From assembly GCF_964204865.1 (NCBI RefSeq), contig NC_135262.1:11718001-11782000 (forward strand): a DNA stretch of 64,000 nucleotides, written 5' to 3'. Below the pieces are notes generated by a model. It had not been told where the DNA came from and made no database searches. It saw only the letters and a list, made by a program, of their open reading frames with translations. The translations under genes and the position numbers were made by a program. The DNA comes from Styela clava (taxonomy: Eukaryota). Of the stretch, positions 1 through 14,200 are shown piece by piece. Position 1 is the stretch's first letter. Every line of letters starts with the position of its first letter.

Positions 1-3000
1 TATCATAACGATATTTACCGGAATTCTAACCTATGTGGTGAAGACATGGAAGATAAAGCTTTTGCATTAATGGCAAAATTCTTGTTTATAATATGATTAT
101 TATACAAGCACACCGATTCCGCTTCGACCGCGAAAACGCTCGGCGGCGTCTTTGAAACCAGATGTCCGAATGCAAGGCAGTGCGTTTCTCTAAACGAGAG
201 TGGTCATGTGACTGTCAATGACATCGATGAATTGTGACCAAAGTACACGATTTTCTAGTACTGGTTTGACAGGTCTGTGTTTTCTTCTTAGTGAATTTAC
301 TGGAGCCATTCAGAAATTTCTGATACTCGACGCGACATTGTTTAGTAATGGAATGTAAACTTGGGCCATTGTTTGTTAAATTAGAAGAAACTTTTAGCAG
401 CATCTCACAGATTTGCAAAATCGCCAAATTGACAAAATACATACCTCGTATTAACATTTAACAGCCATTTTATTGTAACCACGAATGTTAAAAGCAAATG
501 GCGTTTCGCGGAATTTTGCGATATTCAGTATTAGCTAGTCTAGTCATTCACGATAAATCAAACTCAGACCAGGGTCAAAAATCAATCTAAACTATTTCCT
601 CATTAATATGCGAGTAGGGGTGGGCAAAATCGAATATTTTTTCGAATTGAATATTTTTAACGAATAAGAAATATTTTTTATGCACAGCAGGAGTCTAGAA
701 CGTCGGTCGAAAAATTAGCAAGGAAGCCTTTTCTACTGGTTAATTTCGTTATAATAGCTAATTGTTTTTGTCACCGCAATCGTTTTGGCGACTATATCCT
801 GGGTTTGGCAATCCAGGCTTACGCGTGCGTTCACATCGGCAACAGCTGTTAAGGGCATCAACGACAAATTTCAAAACCAAAATAAACATTTGCGTTGACT
901 TGATATTACTTATCAACGTTTGTAAATTTACTGTCCCAATTTTATGCGAATGGTATTATTATTATCGATGCCGGAATGCAAATATTTAATACGATAATTA
1001 ACTTTTATAATTTTTTTATGGTGTCTGTATTAATTTACAGATAAATCTCGCAAATCTGAGATTGTACCAATCCTGAATGTTGATTTAAAATTGTGATTAA
1101 ATAATTCTGCAATAAAGGCATTTCTGCGTGGCCATAGGACGAGATGACTTTAATAAACAGCACTTCTTTAAGGATATTTCACATATGCGACTAATGCTAA
1201 AAACATTGGGCTCGAGTGCTCTGGTGCCTAATCAGGCGCTAATTGCAACTAATTCAACTCAAGTTTCAACGACTTTTTTCATCTTCACGATATGTTATCT
1301 TTTTTTATTCGGTACTGATAATGATAAATAAAAAATGTGTAATTGTTGATTGCAATTCCGGAAAACGAACGAATTTAACCGCGGTTAACCGCGCATTGGA
1401 AAGCAAAACACAATTTATTAACATTACTTTACAATGAGTTACGGGTAAGAATTAACCAGACGGCTATCGCTAACATGTAGAAACAATAAATTTGAAACGA
1501 TTTTGTATAAAGCGTGTCAACATCGTTTTTGCAAATTTAGAAACGTCGATAAGTAAGACAAGTAAATAATGTATTTTATGGAACTTTCATGAGATATTGG
1601 TGAGAAATATTATTTTGACCATGTCGAAATGCCATTATTGCCGATTTATTCACGTGTTTAGTTACTATCAGTGTTTTAACCCAAAGCTGAGTTACGTAAA
1701 TACTTAACACTGAGTACTCAAGAGATAACCAATTTGCGGAGTTTTTCAATTATTATTTAATACGAAAGTAACACAGACACGATCTAAAATTAAAAGCATA
1801 GAAATGTCAACTATCTGCTTCACAAATATCGCATCCCGGGGTCAGTAATAATATTATTGTTCGCTTAAACTCGGGAGGGTAATTTACGAACTGATACAAA
1901 TCCTACACAGAAGATAAAAATCAGAACAAAATCAATTTTCGTTGTGAATACGCTCATTAATAGTTGTCTTTAAAATCTTCGCCGATGTGAATTCACAATT
2001 CTATCCGAAATATAAAAACCAAACTACGATGTCCGCCGTTACGTAGAATTAATATTTGCTAGTGAATAAAAACATGCTTTAATATAGTTTAACAACACGA
2101 TCGCGGCGACAAAAAATTTACTGCAGCCTTCGATTATGACAAAATTATGAAATAATCATTGAATGGCAATAAAAATTTAACTTCATTAACAATAATTCTC
2201 AAGTAATAGTTTCACATTTTCATGATTTTGATCGTCGCTACATGCGAGCGAGTTTCTGTACATATAAACCATGATGACACTACTGACATCTGCGAGTTAT
2301 AGATCTCTCCAAATTTAATTTTCGCGATTTTTAATGTTTCACTTTTAGATGCGGATGCCCGTTGACTACGGATAAATGGTCGATGTTTAAAAATAGGACT
2401 TCGGACCGTTGGGCAAAGAAAGCGCATTACGTCGTCGCGAATTGCAGTTTTGGTGTAATGTTTTAACTTCCCCCTAATCTCCCGTTGAAAAAATCCTGGC
2501 TGCGCCCCTGCCCGGTGATAATTCTAGCTAAAATGTTACAATTTTATTTACGGAATTTGCAAATTCACCATTTTGATAATCACGCCCTAATTATTGGTGC
2601 AAAAATACTCAAAATATCACGAATTTAATCATTTCCGATGTTACTAGGCGCAATTCATGACGGCGACAGTGTGCGTTGTTACATCGAAATTCACGATTGA
2701 TTTTACGTTATACTCTTGTTCACGATTTCAACACTCCACCCGCCATGCATGGCTGAGTGGAAGGTTAACATTTTCGAAACATTACCTGGCCAAGGATGGG
2801 AGGGATCACTAACGAGCTAATTGAAAGCACATTAAAAGGATTATGACTTGTCATTTTTTTCTGGTTATAGCCTGTACATGTTATACCATGTGTGGGCTCT
2901 CGGAACGTCAATTTAACTTTTAATTTTCGACAATCAATTGTATGTGCGGCTCCTACATGAAACGGTAAATTCATGCTGCCAATATACGGAGTTTGAAATC

Positions 3001-5812
3001 TGGGATATTTATTTCGAATAGTCTATTTATTTTGACTCTTCTAAAATTAGGAAGCTTTGTTGGTACCTTTTTTGGTGCAAAGTATGAAATTGAAACGATA
3101 CGAATATTTTGCCCAGTCTTATAGGCGAGGTTATGATATTAACGCAGAGAATATTTGTAAGCATATCACTGGATGGAAATATTTTGCACCAAGACTGTTT
3201 GCAGAAGTTGATTTATCGAATACACGGAAAGTATTTATTTATCATCTCACTTGCGAACATCGGGGTTTGGGCGGAATTATACGATTATGTTGTTGTTCTT
3301 AAATAATAACTTTTTCGATGAATGTTTATTTTACTTTTGTGTATTAATTATGATATGTTGAGTTTTCGTTTATTTCAAATTCGAAATTGTCGGGAATACT
3401 CAAACAGGTGTAATAAGTGTAATATTGATAGTATAGTGTAATCGAGTAACTAACTTAGAAGTCTTTAGAGATGTCTAATGAACTTGATGTGTTACGGGTG
3501 TCGTAACCCCCGTTTTTTTTTTATTAAATTTGATTGTTCTACCTTCCGCTTATAAAACAACATCGTTATACGGTCATCTAAGGTAACTCTCGCGACCAAA
3601 TCTTTTTGTTCTGTATGGCATCACCTTAGCGCCATTTATTACCGACTGAATTTTAATTGTGATTTATGATAAGTTATTTTCTGTTAGTTGGCGCTGATAA
3701 CGTGGCTAATTTCTTTATAAACATTTTTAATATGTTTAATTTTAAAATTTTTTTTAAATATGTTCCTTACGTCTCTGCTATAATTGACAAGCGATAGCAC
3801 AAGATTCAGCAGCAAATGATAAGCAAAGCTATTTTATAATCATGGGTTGCTTAATAAAGATTTGCTAATTATGGCAGGATATAAAGAACATGGCCTGAAA
3901 TATATAATCAACAGAACGATGTTTATTTTTCAGTCGACGAAAACCCTTAATAATAACGATTGCCGAAATCGCGAAAAAAATGAATACGGATTTTCGATTG
4001 TGATCAGATGAATGAGAGAGCACATGTTTTTTTCTCTGTTCAAAGCAGATATAAAACGAATACCATGTTGCCGAAAAGCGGTTACGTGTTATCTTTCTTT
4101 AGCCAATCAAAATAGTGGTAATGGTATATACAAGAGGTTTCTAAACTTTACAAACTCGGAACGCAATTAATATTAAAATTACAAGTAATGGTGCATGGAA
4201 AAACGAATTTGATTTTATTGAAATTGAAACGCACACACATAAGAGTTTTATATTTCATGCACAACTAACCGATGCTACATGTGAGATTTGTGCACATGAA
4301 CGATTATATATCGCGATTATTTATGTGAGAATGCGTACTTCTCTTTCAACTTTAATTTCCAGGATTTCGGCGTTCATGTGGTCGACTAAAAAAGATTTAT
4401 CAAATGGATTGGTATTTCGCGTCACACTCAAAATTATTTGGGAACCACTATCATGTCATTCGTTTATTTTTTACATTCATGTTTTTTTCAAGAATCACCC
4501 TGTTGTATTTCCTGTACCTTCGCAAAGGAAAACTCTTTGGTGTCATCATTACTATTAGTGTAATTGAAAGTGGCGTTGAGATGCGAATATTTCATACTAG
4601 GTCTGCAGCATTAGAGAGAGCGTTATTTATAAATGCTGGGAGTACATGGCATTTCTAAAAAAAATTGCAAATATATGATGTTTTCTACCCGATTTGAACT
4701 AACTGGCACGCAAACCAATGCAAGTCGATATTTGAAAATTACACGTCTTAGCGTAATCCGTGAGACAGTATAATATAAATTAGGCCAAGCTAGCTCATGA
4801 AAGGGATTTCAAAGTGATCTTGCATAATATTTCGGAAAAAAAATCTTCGATAGAAAGTAGGTCACTCTATCTATAAAAACAGCGGTCCTTTCATGGTGAT
4901 CTTGCGTTATTTCCCAAAGAAAAACTGGCCGGAGAAACATGACGTTAACCAATCTCTTAAAAGGGAAGAGGGCGGACTACTTTCAAGCATATTCTTTCGG
5001 ACGAGGAAGCGTGTTATACTAAAGCGATATTGGTGATGGGTCATGGGGATGTCATTTTGCCCGGGTTTTGTACAAATGATCCCCCTCCCTAGCTATGGCC
5101 GGTAGTAACTAATATCTGCATGTATCAATCGGTGTCTGTTAGATGGAAGAAACAAGTTTGCAAGGCTTGTCTGTTCAGGCGGGAGTGCGCTTCGTTACTG
5201 ACGCTGGTGGTTGATTGCACGAAACTTTTATTCCCGACAAGTGTTGCTTATCAGGTGTCCTTTGATGAATTCGCTTGTTTTTAACAAGAGTTTAAACGAA
5301 ACTCCGTTAACGGAAAGACTTCAATTCACAATATTAACGCAAGGAGCGCTTTTTCGAGTATCTATGCTGTTTGAAATGAGTTTAAACGAAAGCTAGGGCA
5401 CCTAACTAGTTAAAATCAGAAAAAAGCACTTTCGCACTTTTTTTTTCGACTGCGAAGCACTTTCGCACTCATAATTTCCTTAGAGTTAACACTGATGAGG
5501 AAGATTCATTTAGATCTTTTGGTGCAATTTGCAGATTATGTCACCAAATGAAATTAGATTGACCAATTGATGACCAAGGTTGATATTAATCATTCTAATT
5601 TGTTTACCCAAGTTTTATTGAATCATGTTTACATTTTCAAAAGGCTTAATTGAAAAAACGAACAGTATTCCTTCTTGTAAGAGTAATATAAAAAATAGAG
5701 AAACTTTTGAACAGGCATACAGAAAATGCTAGTTAATTCAGTTATCGAAATGAAATTAGTTACTTGAGATTTGATTGACAAACATCGAAAATTTCAATTG
5801 TTCTATATGCAG

Positions 5813-6438
5813 GAAGTGAAGCAGATTTTGTGATATTATCGACAGTTCGTTCACTGCCGGATGAGGCAATAGTTGATGAGCCAAGTTTGGTATGGCAATA
5901 TAAGCATCTTGGTTTTGTGTGTGATCCACATCAAGTTAATGTTGCTATCACTCGAGCAAAATATGGAATGTGTATTATTGGTGAGTTATTCAGAGAGATC
6001 ACAGATCAGTACAATACATTTCTTCATTAGGCTAATTTGAGATAATGCAGATGACCTTTTGTATGCTGGATAAAATAATTTTTTGTTATATTTATCATTT
6101 ATCATGCCTAGTTACCATATTTGGCTTTGATAGGTTACTAGAGAAAAACTTACAGTTGGACTGAATAAATTTGTCGGTAGTTTCTTTTCTAATCCAAGTG
6201 TTTATTTTAAGAATGTTATTAAATTTTCAAGGTCTGGCAGGTAATGCACAAATTTTACTTTAGTTCCCACAAGTTACTCAAAACCTTTTTTGTTTGTTTT
6301 TTACTTCAAGATAATAAAAAAAACGTGAAATTTGTTCTAGGAAACAAGAACTTACTTGGAGTCAATTCTTTGTGGAAAGAATTAATCAGCTCATATGAAA
6401 GAAGAAGAGCTGTTTTCAAATTTACTGATCAGTTCTAG
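5813..6438 (+). CDS. 3' end (last two coding exons) of a Upf1-like SF1 RNA helicase, HELZ2-like; upstream exons not identified in the window
   Basis: Exons 5813-5980 (ag|GAAGT...ATTG|gtgag) and 6341-6438 (ctag|GAAAC...TAG) splice in frame to (G)SEADFVILSTVRS...LGFVCDPHQVNVAITRAKYGMCIIGNKNLLGVNSLWKELISSY. This contains SF1 helicase motifs V (QGxE.D.VILSTVRS) and VI (NVAITRA) of the AAA_12 C-terminal domain. The insert 'EPS..W....LGFV.DP.QVNVAITRA' resembles HELZ2. Confidence 0.85.
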
Positions 6439-8100
6439 ACAATCATAGCTGCGCTATTTCTTCAATGACAAAAATTTCAAAGTTAGCATGCATTAGTGGT
6501 TCATCTATGCAATTCTAAAGAGCGAAAACAAGGAAAAGAGGAATTTCTTATGTTTCATTGTTGATGGTACTTATAAATCCAAAAAAATATAGCTCAAATT
6601 ACTCAGATTGAAAGTAATTATCACTTTTATGTGTATGTTTTTAATTTTCAATTTTATTGTGTGAATAATGGGGTGAATTTTTATCAATAGCTCCAAGCAT
6701 TCATTAGTTTTAACCAGGTGTTTAATGTGTTTTGTAAAGTTTTTAGACGTGAATATATTTTTTCAGTTGGTTTTTATGTAGGAGATAATCATCATGTTCG
6801 AAAGTATTTTAGCATTAGCATTACTTTTTATCGATCATATTTTATCAATGGATAGTATAACATTATACAGTTATTTATTGGGATAAAAACTGCCACTTAT
6901 TAGGCTACCACCAGTGCTTGTTAGAATTAATTACCGTAATCAGTTTATTATATTTTGAAGAGGAATTTGGGCCCATTTTGAGATTGATTTTTCTAATCAC
7001 GATACATTCTAGTAAATTCTTGATGCACTGACTGTTTTGTAAGTCAATTTTTTTTTATATATTTCTGAATTTTGTAATGAAATTTTACTAATATGCAATC
7101 AACCCGCATCACTTCAAATCTTACAACTTTTTAAAACACATTGCCGAAAACTGCATAATCTGTGAATTTTCTGCAGTTTATTCAAATTTATGCATACCAT
7201 TACATTTTACATATGTATTCCTATTAAGTGATTTGACAACAAGGTTGCATTGAGGATGGCGATTTTGTTGATTGCTTCAGGGCTTGTATGTCGCTTGTAA
7301 ATTGATTTTTTCTGGGCTAATATTAATTTGACCTCTTTGTGATATTTAGTTATGGTGATGAATATTTCAAAGTAAATTAGTTTTTGTAAAACTATGATAT
7401 GCATACTATTAAACCTTCCAAGATTTATTTGTTCGTAATTTTGATAGGACTCACAGCAGGTGGCAGAATGCATCTTACAACTGAGATAGCTTTGAAAATT
7501 CTGTTCCAGCATAGCCAACTTATTTACAATAGGAACTTATTTATTGTCAACGAGTGGAAAACCACACGATTGGAAGCAAAATCCGGCATTACACATTTTC
7601 TTTCATGTACCCACATAACTATGTCATATCATTAGGAAAGAATTTTCTTTACCCATAGACTTGACTACAGATCAAAATCAGTTTATAGAAGGCTGATAAA
7701 TCTTGTACTTAGTATTTCCATATAGCTCATTATAAATTCTCCTCTCAATGTGAAGCCTGTCCTTACAACTATTATTATTTCAAGGCAAAACACCATCGTG
7801 TGTCATTTTTATCCCTATCACAATTTAAATATGATTCAATCTCTTCTGAGCAAAGTCCTAAATCTAAATCCATCATCATATGAATCGACCTATATATGTT
7901 ATATTAAGGAGTGTTGTAGGAATTGTCTCAATTGATAACGAAAATGGTGAATGTTTGAAGGGCATTTACGGTATGTGAGTTTCATGCTACTTGATGAGTT
8001 TTTGCTCACCAAGGATAAGGTTGTAAACTTAGAAGTCTTCACATACCCATGTATATATCTTATCATACCTAACACCTGACAGATAAATATTTATCAAAAA

Positions 8101-8106
8101 TTTATT
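8101..8106 (-). terminator. Candidate polyadenylation signal for CFAP44
   Basis: AATAAA on the minus strand, ~180 nt downstream of the stop codon. Confidence 0.45.
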
Positions 8107-8284
8107 TGTAATTTGTGTAACACACAACAATCATTAATACATATATATATACTGACTTGAAAAATGAAAGCGTAAACAAAACTGGTGAGAACGAAATGTT
8201 TAGTTTGCAAAATATGAACTGTTAACTTCACATTTGATAAGATTAAAATCAGTTAATTAAATTTTATAAGTTTGAAAATCTCCG

Positions 8285-11200
8285 TTATAAATCATCATCT
8301 CGAGTAATTGGTGGCTGTGCTGGGGGTAGTATGTGGCCTCCTTTTCGAGATAGTAAACCAATTTCTTCCTTCAAAGCCTGCAAATCAAGCAGTTTGAAAC
8401 ATTAAAGATAGTGAACTTAAAGGCAAAGTTGTGGATAATAGAGTATTTTTGTCAGACAATGACATGTATATATATAATCGATAAAACAAAAAATCAAAAA
8501 ATATGTGTGGCGGCCTAGTGGTTAAAAGAGTTGAACTTGATTATATTGGCATCATAGGTTTTATAAGTCTTGGGTTTGAACTACGTGCCCACCAACTCTT
8601 CCATGATATAATAAATTGGGTAGTAAGGCTATTTGGAATGATTCCGGTTTTTGCACAAATAGTAGCTCTTATGTAAAAGTAGCTGGTAGTATAAAGCCTT
8701 GTTTAGAGTGGCAGATGCATAAAAAGAGCACATGAATCAACTATTCTGCTACGCATAACATCAACATTAAACTGAATCATGATACATGTTTTTGTATCAC
8801 AGACTGAAAGATTGTAAAAGCAAAATATTTTCCAATATATATATGTGTCCTTAATTGATATTATATTCATCTGTGAGTAAATATACCAACAGTCAAATTT
8901 ACTTTGAAAACTATGATGACAAATACCTGAATTTCTTGAGCTTGCAGTTGTACAAGTTGCATTAGTCTTTGTCTTTCTCTTGTATCTGACTTCTTATCTC
9001 CATTTTGGTCAAAATTCTACAAAAATTAAATAAGTAAAAAGTCATGAAAACTCTCTTGCATAAATCAATATAATACAGTTTAAGAGTTATTTAGCTTTAC
9101 TGCATTTTCTGATTCTATAGGCTACCAGTCTGAGTTTGACCAAATTAGATGGTTAACCGAAGTCAGACTTCTCCAGAATTTATCACACATAAGTGTTCAA
9201 GTAAAGTAAGGAGGTGTTTTTTACATTGTAAACAAGTGTCTTGATATTAGGTGATTCTATTTTTTATTAGTTTGCACTTGACACGAGTATTTCGAAAACT
9301 AAGTTTTTCCTAATGCATTGATTTCCAACCGCTTTTTTGTGTAACACTAGTGTGCCGTGAAAGACCTTCATGTGTTCCACATTTTTTTTTTCAATGGTAG
9401 ACTTCAAACTAATATAAACTAATTCCAAGTCGAAAATATAATATTCAAAGTATTTGACAGTGCCAAATCTTCTGCTTTAGAATCCCAGAGTATTGCTTTA
9501 TGACATTATGAGAAAATCATTGGAAGACATTCAGTTTTTTTAGGATACTGTCTGGTCATCATCCTTATTCATAATGTATACCACACTTTATATCAAATAC
9601 ACCTGTCATGTTGGATAGATATTGGAAAGGGGAAACTAAGAGTGAAAAAAAAATGCTGAAACCAGAGAATTACATGTCCAAGATAGTTCTGGTAAAACTG
9701 AATGTTATGGTGTTCCGTGAAAAATTCAAGATATTCAAAATGTTACACAGTTCAAAAAAGGTTGAAAATCTCTGTCCTAGTGAAATAAGGTTAATCAATA
9801 GTATAAGAAGTAACTAGGCTTATATGAATCATCTATTTCACCAGATAAATTGAAAATGAAAAAGCTTTTTTACAAGTTCTCCGCTATTTCATTTATTTAC
9901 GTACCAAATCTTTTTGTCGTTGATCCAAGTTCTTTTCAAGACTAGTTTTCTGATTCACAAGAATATTGTACTTTTCCAGATGACGGGTGTTCACTCGAGT
10001 TAGCTGAGTTATTGTGTCTTTCAATTCACTTATAAGGTTCTGTAAAATGAATTCTATGGAGGTTACAAAAAGAAGCAACTATTCAGACAACCAAACAAAT
10101 ACGCTGTTCCATTGGAAACCATTGTTCTATACAATTCTTACACAATACTTACATCAAGCCTCAGAAGTTTTGCTGAATTTTTCAACTCATTCTGATGAAC
10201 TTTTTGTTTTAATTCCTCAACAGTTTTGTTGATTGTGATAGAATCAAGTTTATCGAGATCAACAATTCTTCCGAACTGTGAAAGATAATAGAGAGACGAA
10301 CTTATTACAGTTCTCAGTGAAATAAGTTCAACTAGACTATTAGCGCCTCAATGAAAGGAGACATTTTAGCACTTTTATTTTCCTCAATACCTTTTTAAAT
10401 ATGTCACTATGGAAGCAAATTGAAAAATTGTTTCAAGGACTAAATTTGTGTATTCATTGATGTGTGAGTGAGAAATTTCTTACCTTGTACCACTAGCAAG
10501 GCATGTTGCAGTGATAAAGATAGATGGGGTGATTATAATGAATTGTAACTTTTAAATACAGAAATTATTGAACTATTAATAATTATATATTCCTGAGTCT
10601 TTGCATGATGCGCCAACCAACAAACCCGTTATGATATCTGCAGTTATAAGGTCCAAGTGTGCTTAGTAAGGGAACTGTTAAAGTACAGCTGAGCCATACC
10701 TTCAACATCATCATTTGCTCGCATTTTTCTTCCAATCTTTCAATTTTCTGTTCCATAATCTTTCGGTCTTTGATTAAACGAACATGTGACATCCGAGCAT
10801 CCCTGGAGAGATTTTGATAATAAAATTATAATGTGATGGATAATAGTAGTAGAGTGATTAGCAACATTGTGTCTCTGTGAGCTGTGTTTGTGTGTATTCA
10901 TCTTCTACATGGGAGGAAAATTATGAGTTTTCTATATATTTCTCTGCTTTGATACTCAAGCTTTTATAAGACATGGCCAGGAAATTTAGTAAGTCTTTTG
11001 AAGGAGGAAGGGACTTCGAAATCAGAAATTCCATGCAACGACTTCTGAAACAGCTGCCAAGACTATACCAATCTCCAGAAAAAAAATTTTTTTCAGTGGA
11101 TAATGATATTTCTGTAGCACAAAGTATTTAATTCATGATCAATACCAGCATTTAAAATGTCTTATATTAATTTGTGCTCAACATAGTTTACTCATTTTTT

Positions 11201-14200
11201 GTCTCTCCTAAAATAATAAATGCTTAAAAAGACATTTTCAAATGAAAATATTCTAAGTTCCTAAGTTCTATTATCAAGAATTCACTTAATCGAATATAAC
11301 CAATTATAATGTATTCGAATATTCAATTTGTTTTGGATATCCCCGAGCATTAACACTTTGAAATACCACGACAATCAACGAGCCTAAAATGTGTGGTAAA
11401 CTGCTTGATTATATTCAACTTTGATTCATATTATTGAAATCTAGCAAATTTATCAATTCTTGCAGTTGGCTGCTTGGAATGCAACCAATATTCTTATAGT
11501 ATATAAAAATAAACAAATAAAAAACCAACTTGAACAATGATCTTTGTTCTGCTTTTTCGTGTTGAAGTTCTTTGATTCTTCGTTGAAGACCGATCAGAGA
11601 TTGGTTTGTGAATACAAGACATGAAGACAGATCAGCAGGAACAACACCATTTGATACATGCTCTACTTGGTGAAGATGTAAAGGAACTACAACGTCTAAT
11701 TCATTCAATTTTCCTTGTTTTTCAACCTGTTGAAAGGATTTCAAGTTCGAAAGTTTTTAAGGCAAATGGCAAATGTTGAAATTTATAAAAAAATTTTCAT
11801 TGAAACATATTACGAAGATATGGGTGCGTTTAAGGCTGGCATCCAAGCAATATTCTATTTTAAAGCAATAAGTATTTCAATAAAAAGTTATAGTTTAGAA
11901 ATAATACATTTACTCATTATCCCAAATCAGCTTTTTTCGAATTATTGTTTTTCAACCCCTCGAGTTTATTATGATAGAATAGGAGTAAGTTAATTTTTAT
12001 TTAAAAACAATTTGCATACATATCTATTGTAGGGATTCCACACAATACAGGGCGAATATCACTGCTAAATATATACCAGTAGTACACAAACCTGAAATTC
12101 TTCTAATGCATCTAATGCGGTTTTCAGTTGGCTTTCCATAACTTTTGATTTTTTCACAAGAGAATCCATATCTTTCTTCTGTTGATCTGCTATTTTCTTC
12201 TCTTCCACCAGAGCTTCTTCAAGGTCAAGGCGTTTTTCTCTCAAGTTTAGAACATCATCGAATAGTTGCTACAACAAAAATGGAAGCAATTAAAATATAT
12301 TGGTTTATAACGTCGTTGGCAACTTACAACTAGCGTACCTGGTCACAGCCTGGTGGACATACAGAGTCATCAAAACCTCCCTCAATAGAGTCATCTTCTT
12401 CTTCTTCACTTGACCAATCAGATTCATCATCTGATGACATATCACTGCCTTCTTCTTCCTCTCCTATAATAATATGATTTGTCTAATTATAATAGATAGC
12501 ATTTGAATGTTGAATACAAAACCTTCAGATGTCTAGTAGGCTGTCACAACTATGTGGAAATTCTTGTTAGAAATATTAGACTAGTTGTTGGTTACAATAC
12601 TCGATAGAATATGATGCAAGAGGATTGCTCGACTCCTTGTCGCCTGAAGCTGCACATAACCCCTGGGCAGTCACAACTTCCTCCACCATCAAGTTCATGC
12701 ATCTGAAAACAAATAACTGGCTAACTAATCCCATACCCGACATGAACTGGTAAACAGATGAGAGGCTGTGATTCGCGATGCAATTAAGCTGTGTTATCGA
12801 CTTTCAAATCCCCCCGCAATAAATATCTAAATCCTATCCTAATATCCTACCCTCTTCAGCTTTCTTCTTTTTTGCTCTCTTGATTTTCTTCTTAAAGACT
12901 CTAGTTAGAAAATCAGCAAACTTATTGTTGTCTCCAAGATAGCTGTTGAATGTAGCATACAATTGCTTTTCTCTGTCAGTTAGCTTTTCAATGTCACGTC
13001 GCTTTGATTCCAGCTTCACTTGCATATCAGCAACCTATAAGCATATGTTTACATTTACATATAATTAGCCTTGAGTTTGATAAACTTTTTCAAATCTATC
13101 AGCTGGAAAAAATTGGCATAGAAAAACAGTATTTCCTCAGAAATTGTCCTGATAGCATCCCAACAATATGATTTAAGTTTAGCAAATATTCTCGTTCACA
13201 CAAATAAGAAGCAATCATGAATATTCTCAAACCCAGTCTGTTAAATTAGAACCTTGTCTGCCTCTATTGTTGCATAACTGTTATGTACCAATAGAGGTAG
13301 ACACTACTTGCTGCTGAACTGGGTTTAGCGAACATGAGTGATTTTCATATTATTACAAAGGAAAATCAGGCAGAGATGACGAAGAAGAGTTGATCTTTTG
13401 CCTTTTACAGACTTGAAAAGGCATAAAGTACACATTAACAAAATTAAGTTTTAAAGGCAACACTAAGAAAGTGTAAGTTTCGCAATGAGTGTTTTCCCTG
13501 ATGATTTGGCACTACATGTACAAAAAGTTTGGAAATCGCTGAACTATGGCATTATTTTAAATTCTTATAAATTTCACTACAATATAAAAAACAAATTGAC
13601 CTTAGTATAAACATCATTCAACTCCATTCTTTTCCCAGATACTCTTCCCGATAACGTATTTTCACGTTTCTCATATTCTTTCAAAAGAATCAGTTCTTCA
13701 AGCAAGGTAATTTGCCTATAACAAAATATTGAAATTAAAAAGTATGATATTAACAATTATTTTGTGACTTTTGCTCTGAACAAGGAACTGCACAAGAAGC
13801 CACTGTTATGTGTAGAGCTACTATTTTTGTAGAATCTTACAGGTTCTGCATTCTCTACCCAATTTATTACACTCTGAGTGAGGTGGGGGGTTGAACCCGA
13901 GATGACAACACAGTTGAGTCTAACGCTTTACCCACTAAGTCAGTCAGTGGTTGCAAACCTGCAGCCCGCGGGTCAAATGCAACCCACAAGAAAAATTGTG
14001 TGGCCCACGTGGAAGTGAAAATTTTGAATGGTGTGCGCGCAAAACGAGATTTTTTTTAGTTTCATCTAGTCAAGCAAGTAATTCCAATCTCTTTGCGTTG
14101 AAAAGGTTATACCCGAGTCCAATTTATTATCTATGCCAATAACGTTATAATGGGCTAACAGCTAGCCTGTGCGATGCAAACAACGCATGTCATGAGATCA

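Noticed and set aside
5491-5530. CTGATGAG resembling another hammerhead core
   Set aside because: No stem II followed by GAAA and NUH at suitable spacing.
1-5800. Short ORFs upstream of the helicase exons
   Set aside because: No helicase motifs or clear exon structure found; probably intron with decayed transposon fragments.
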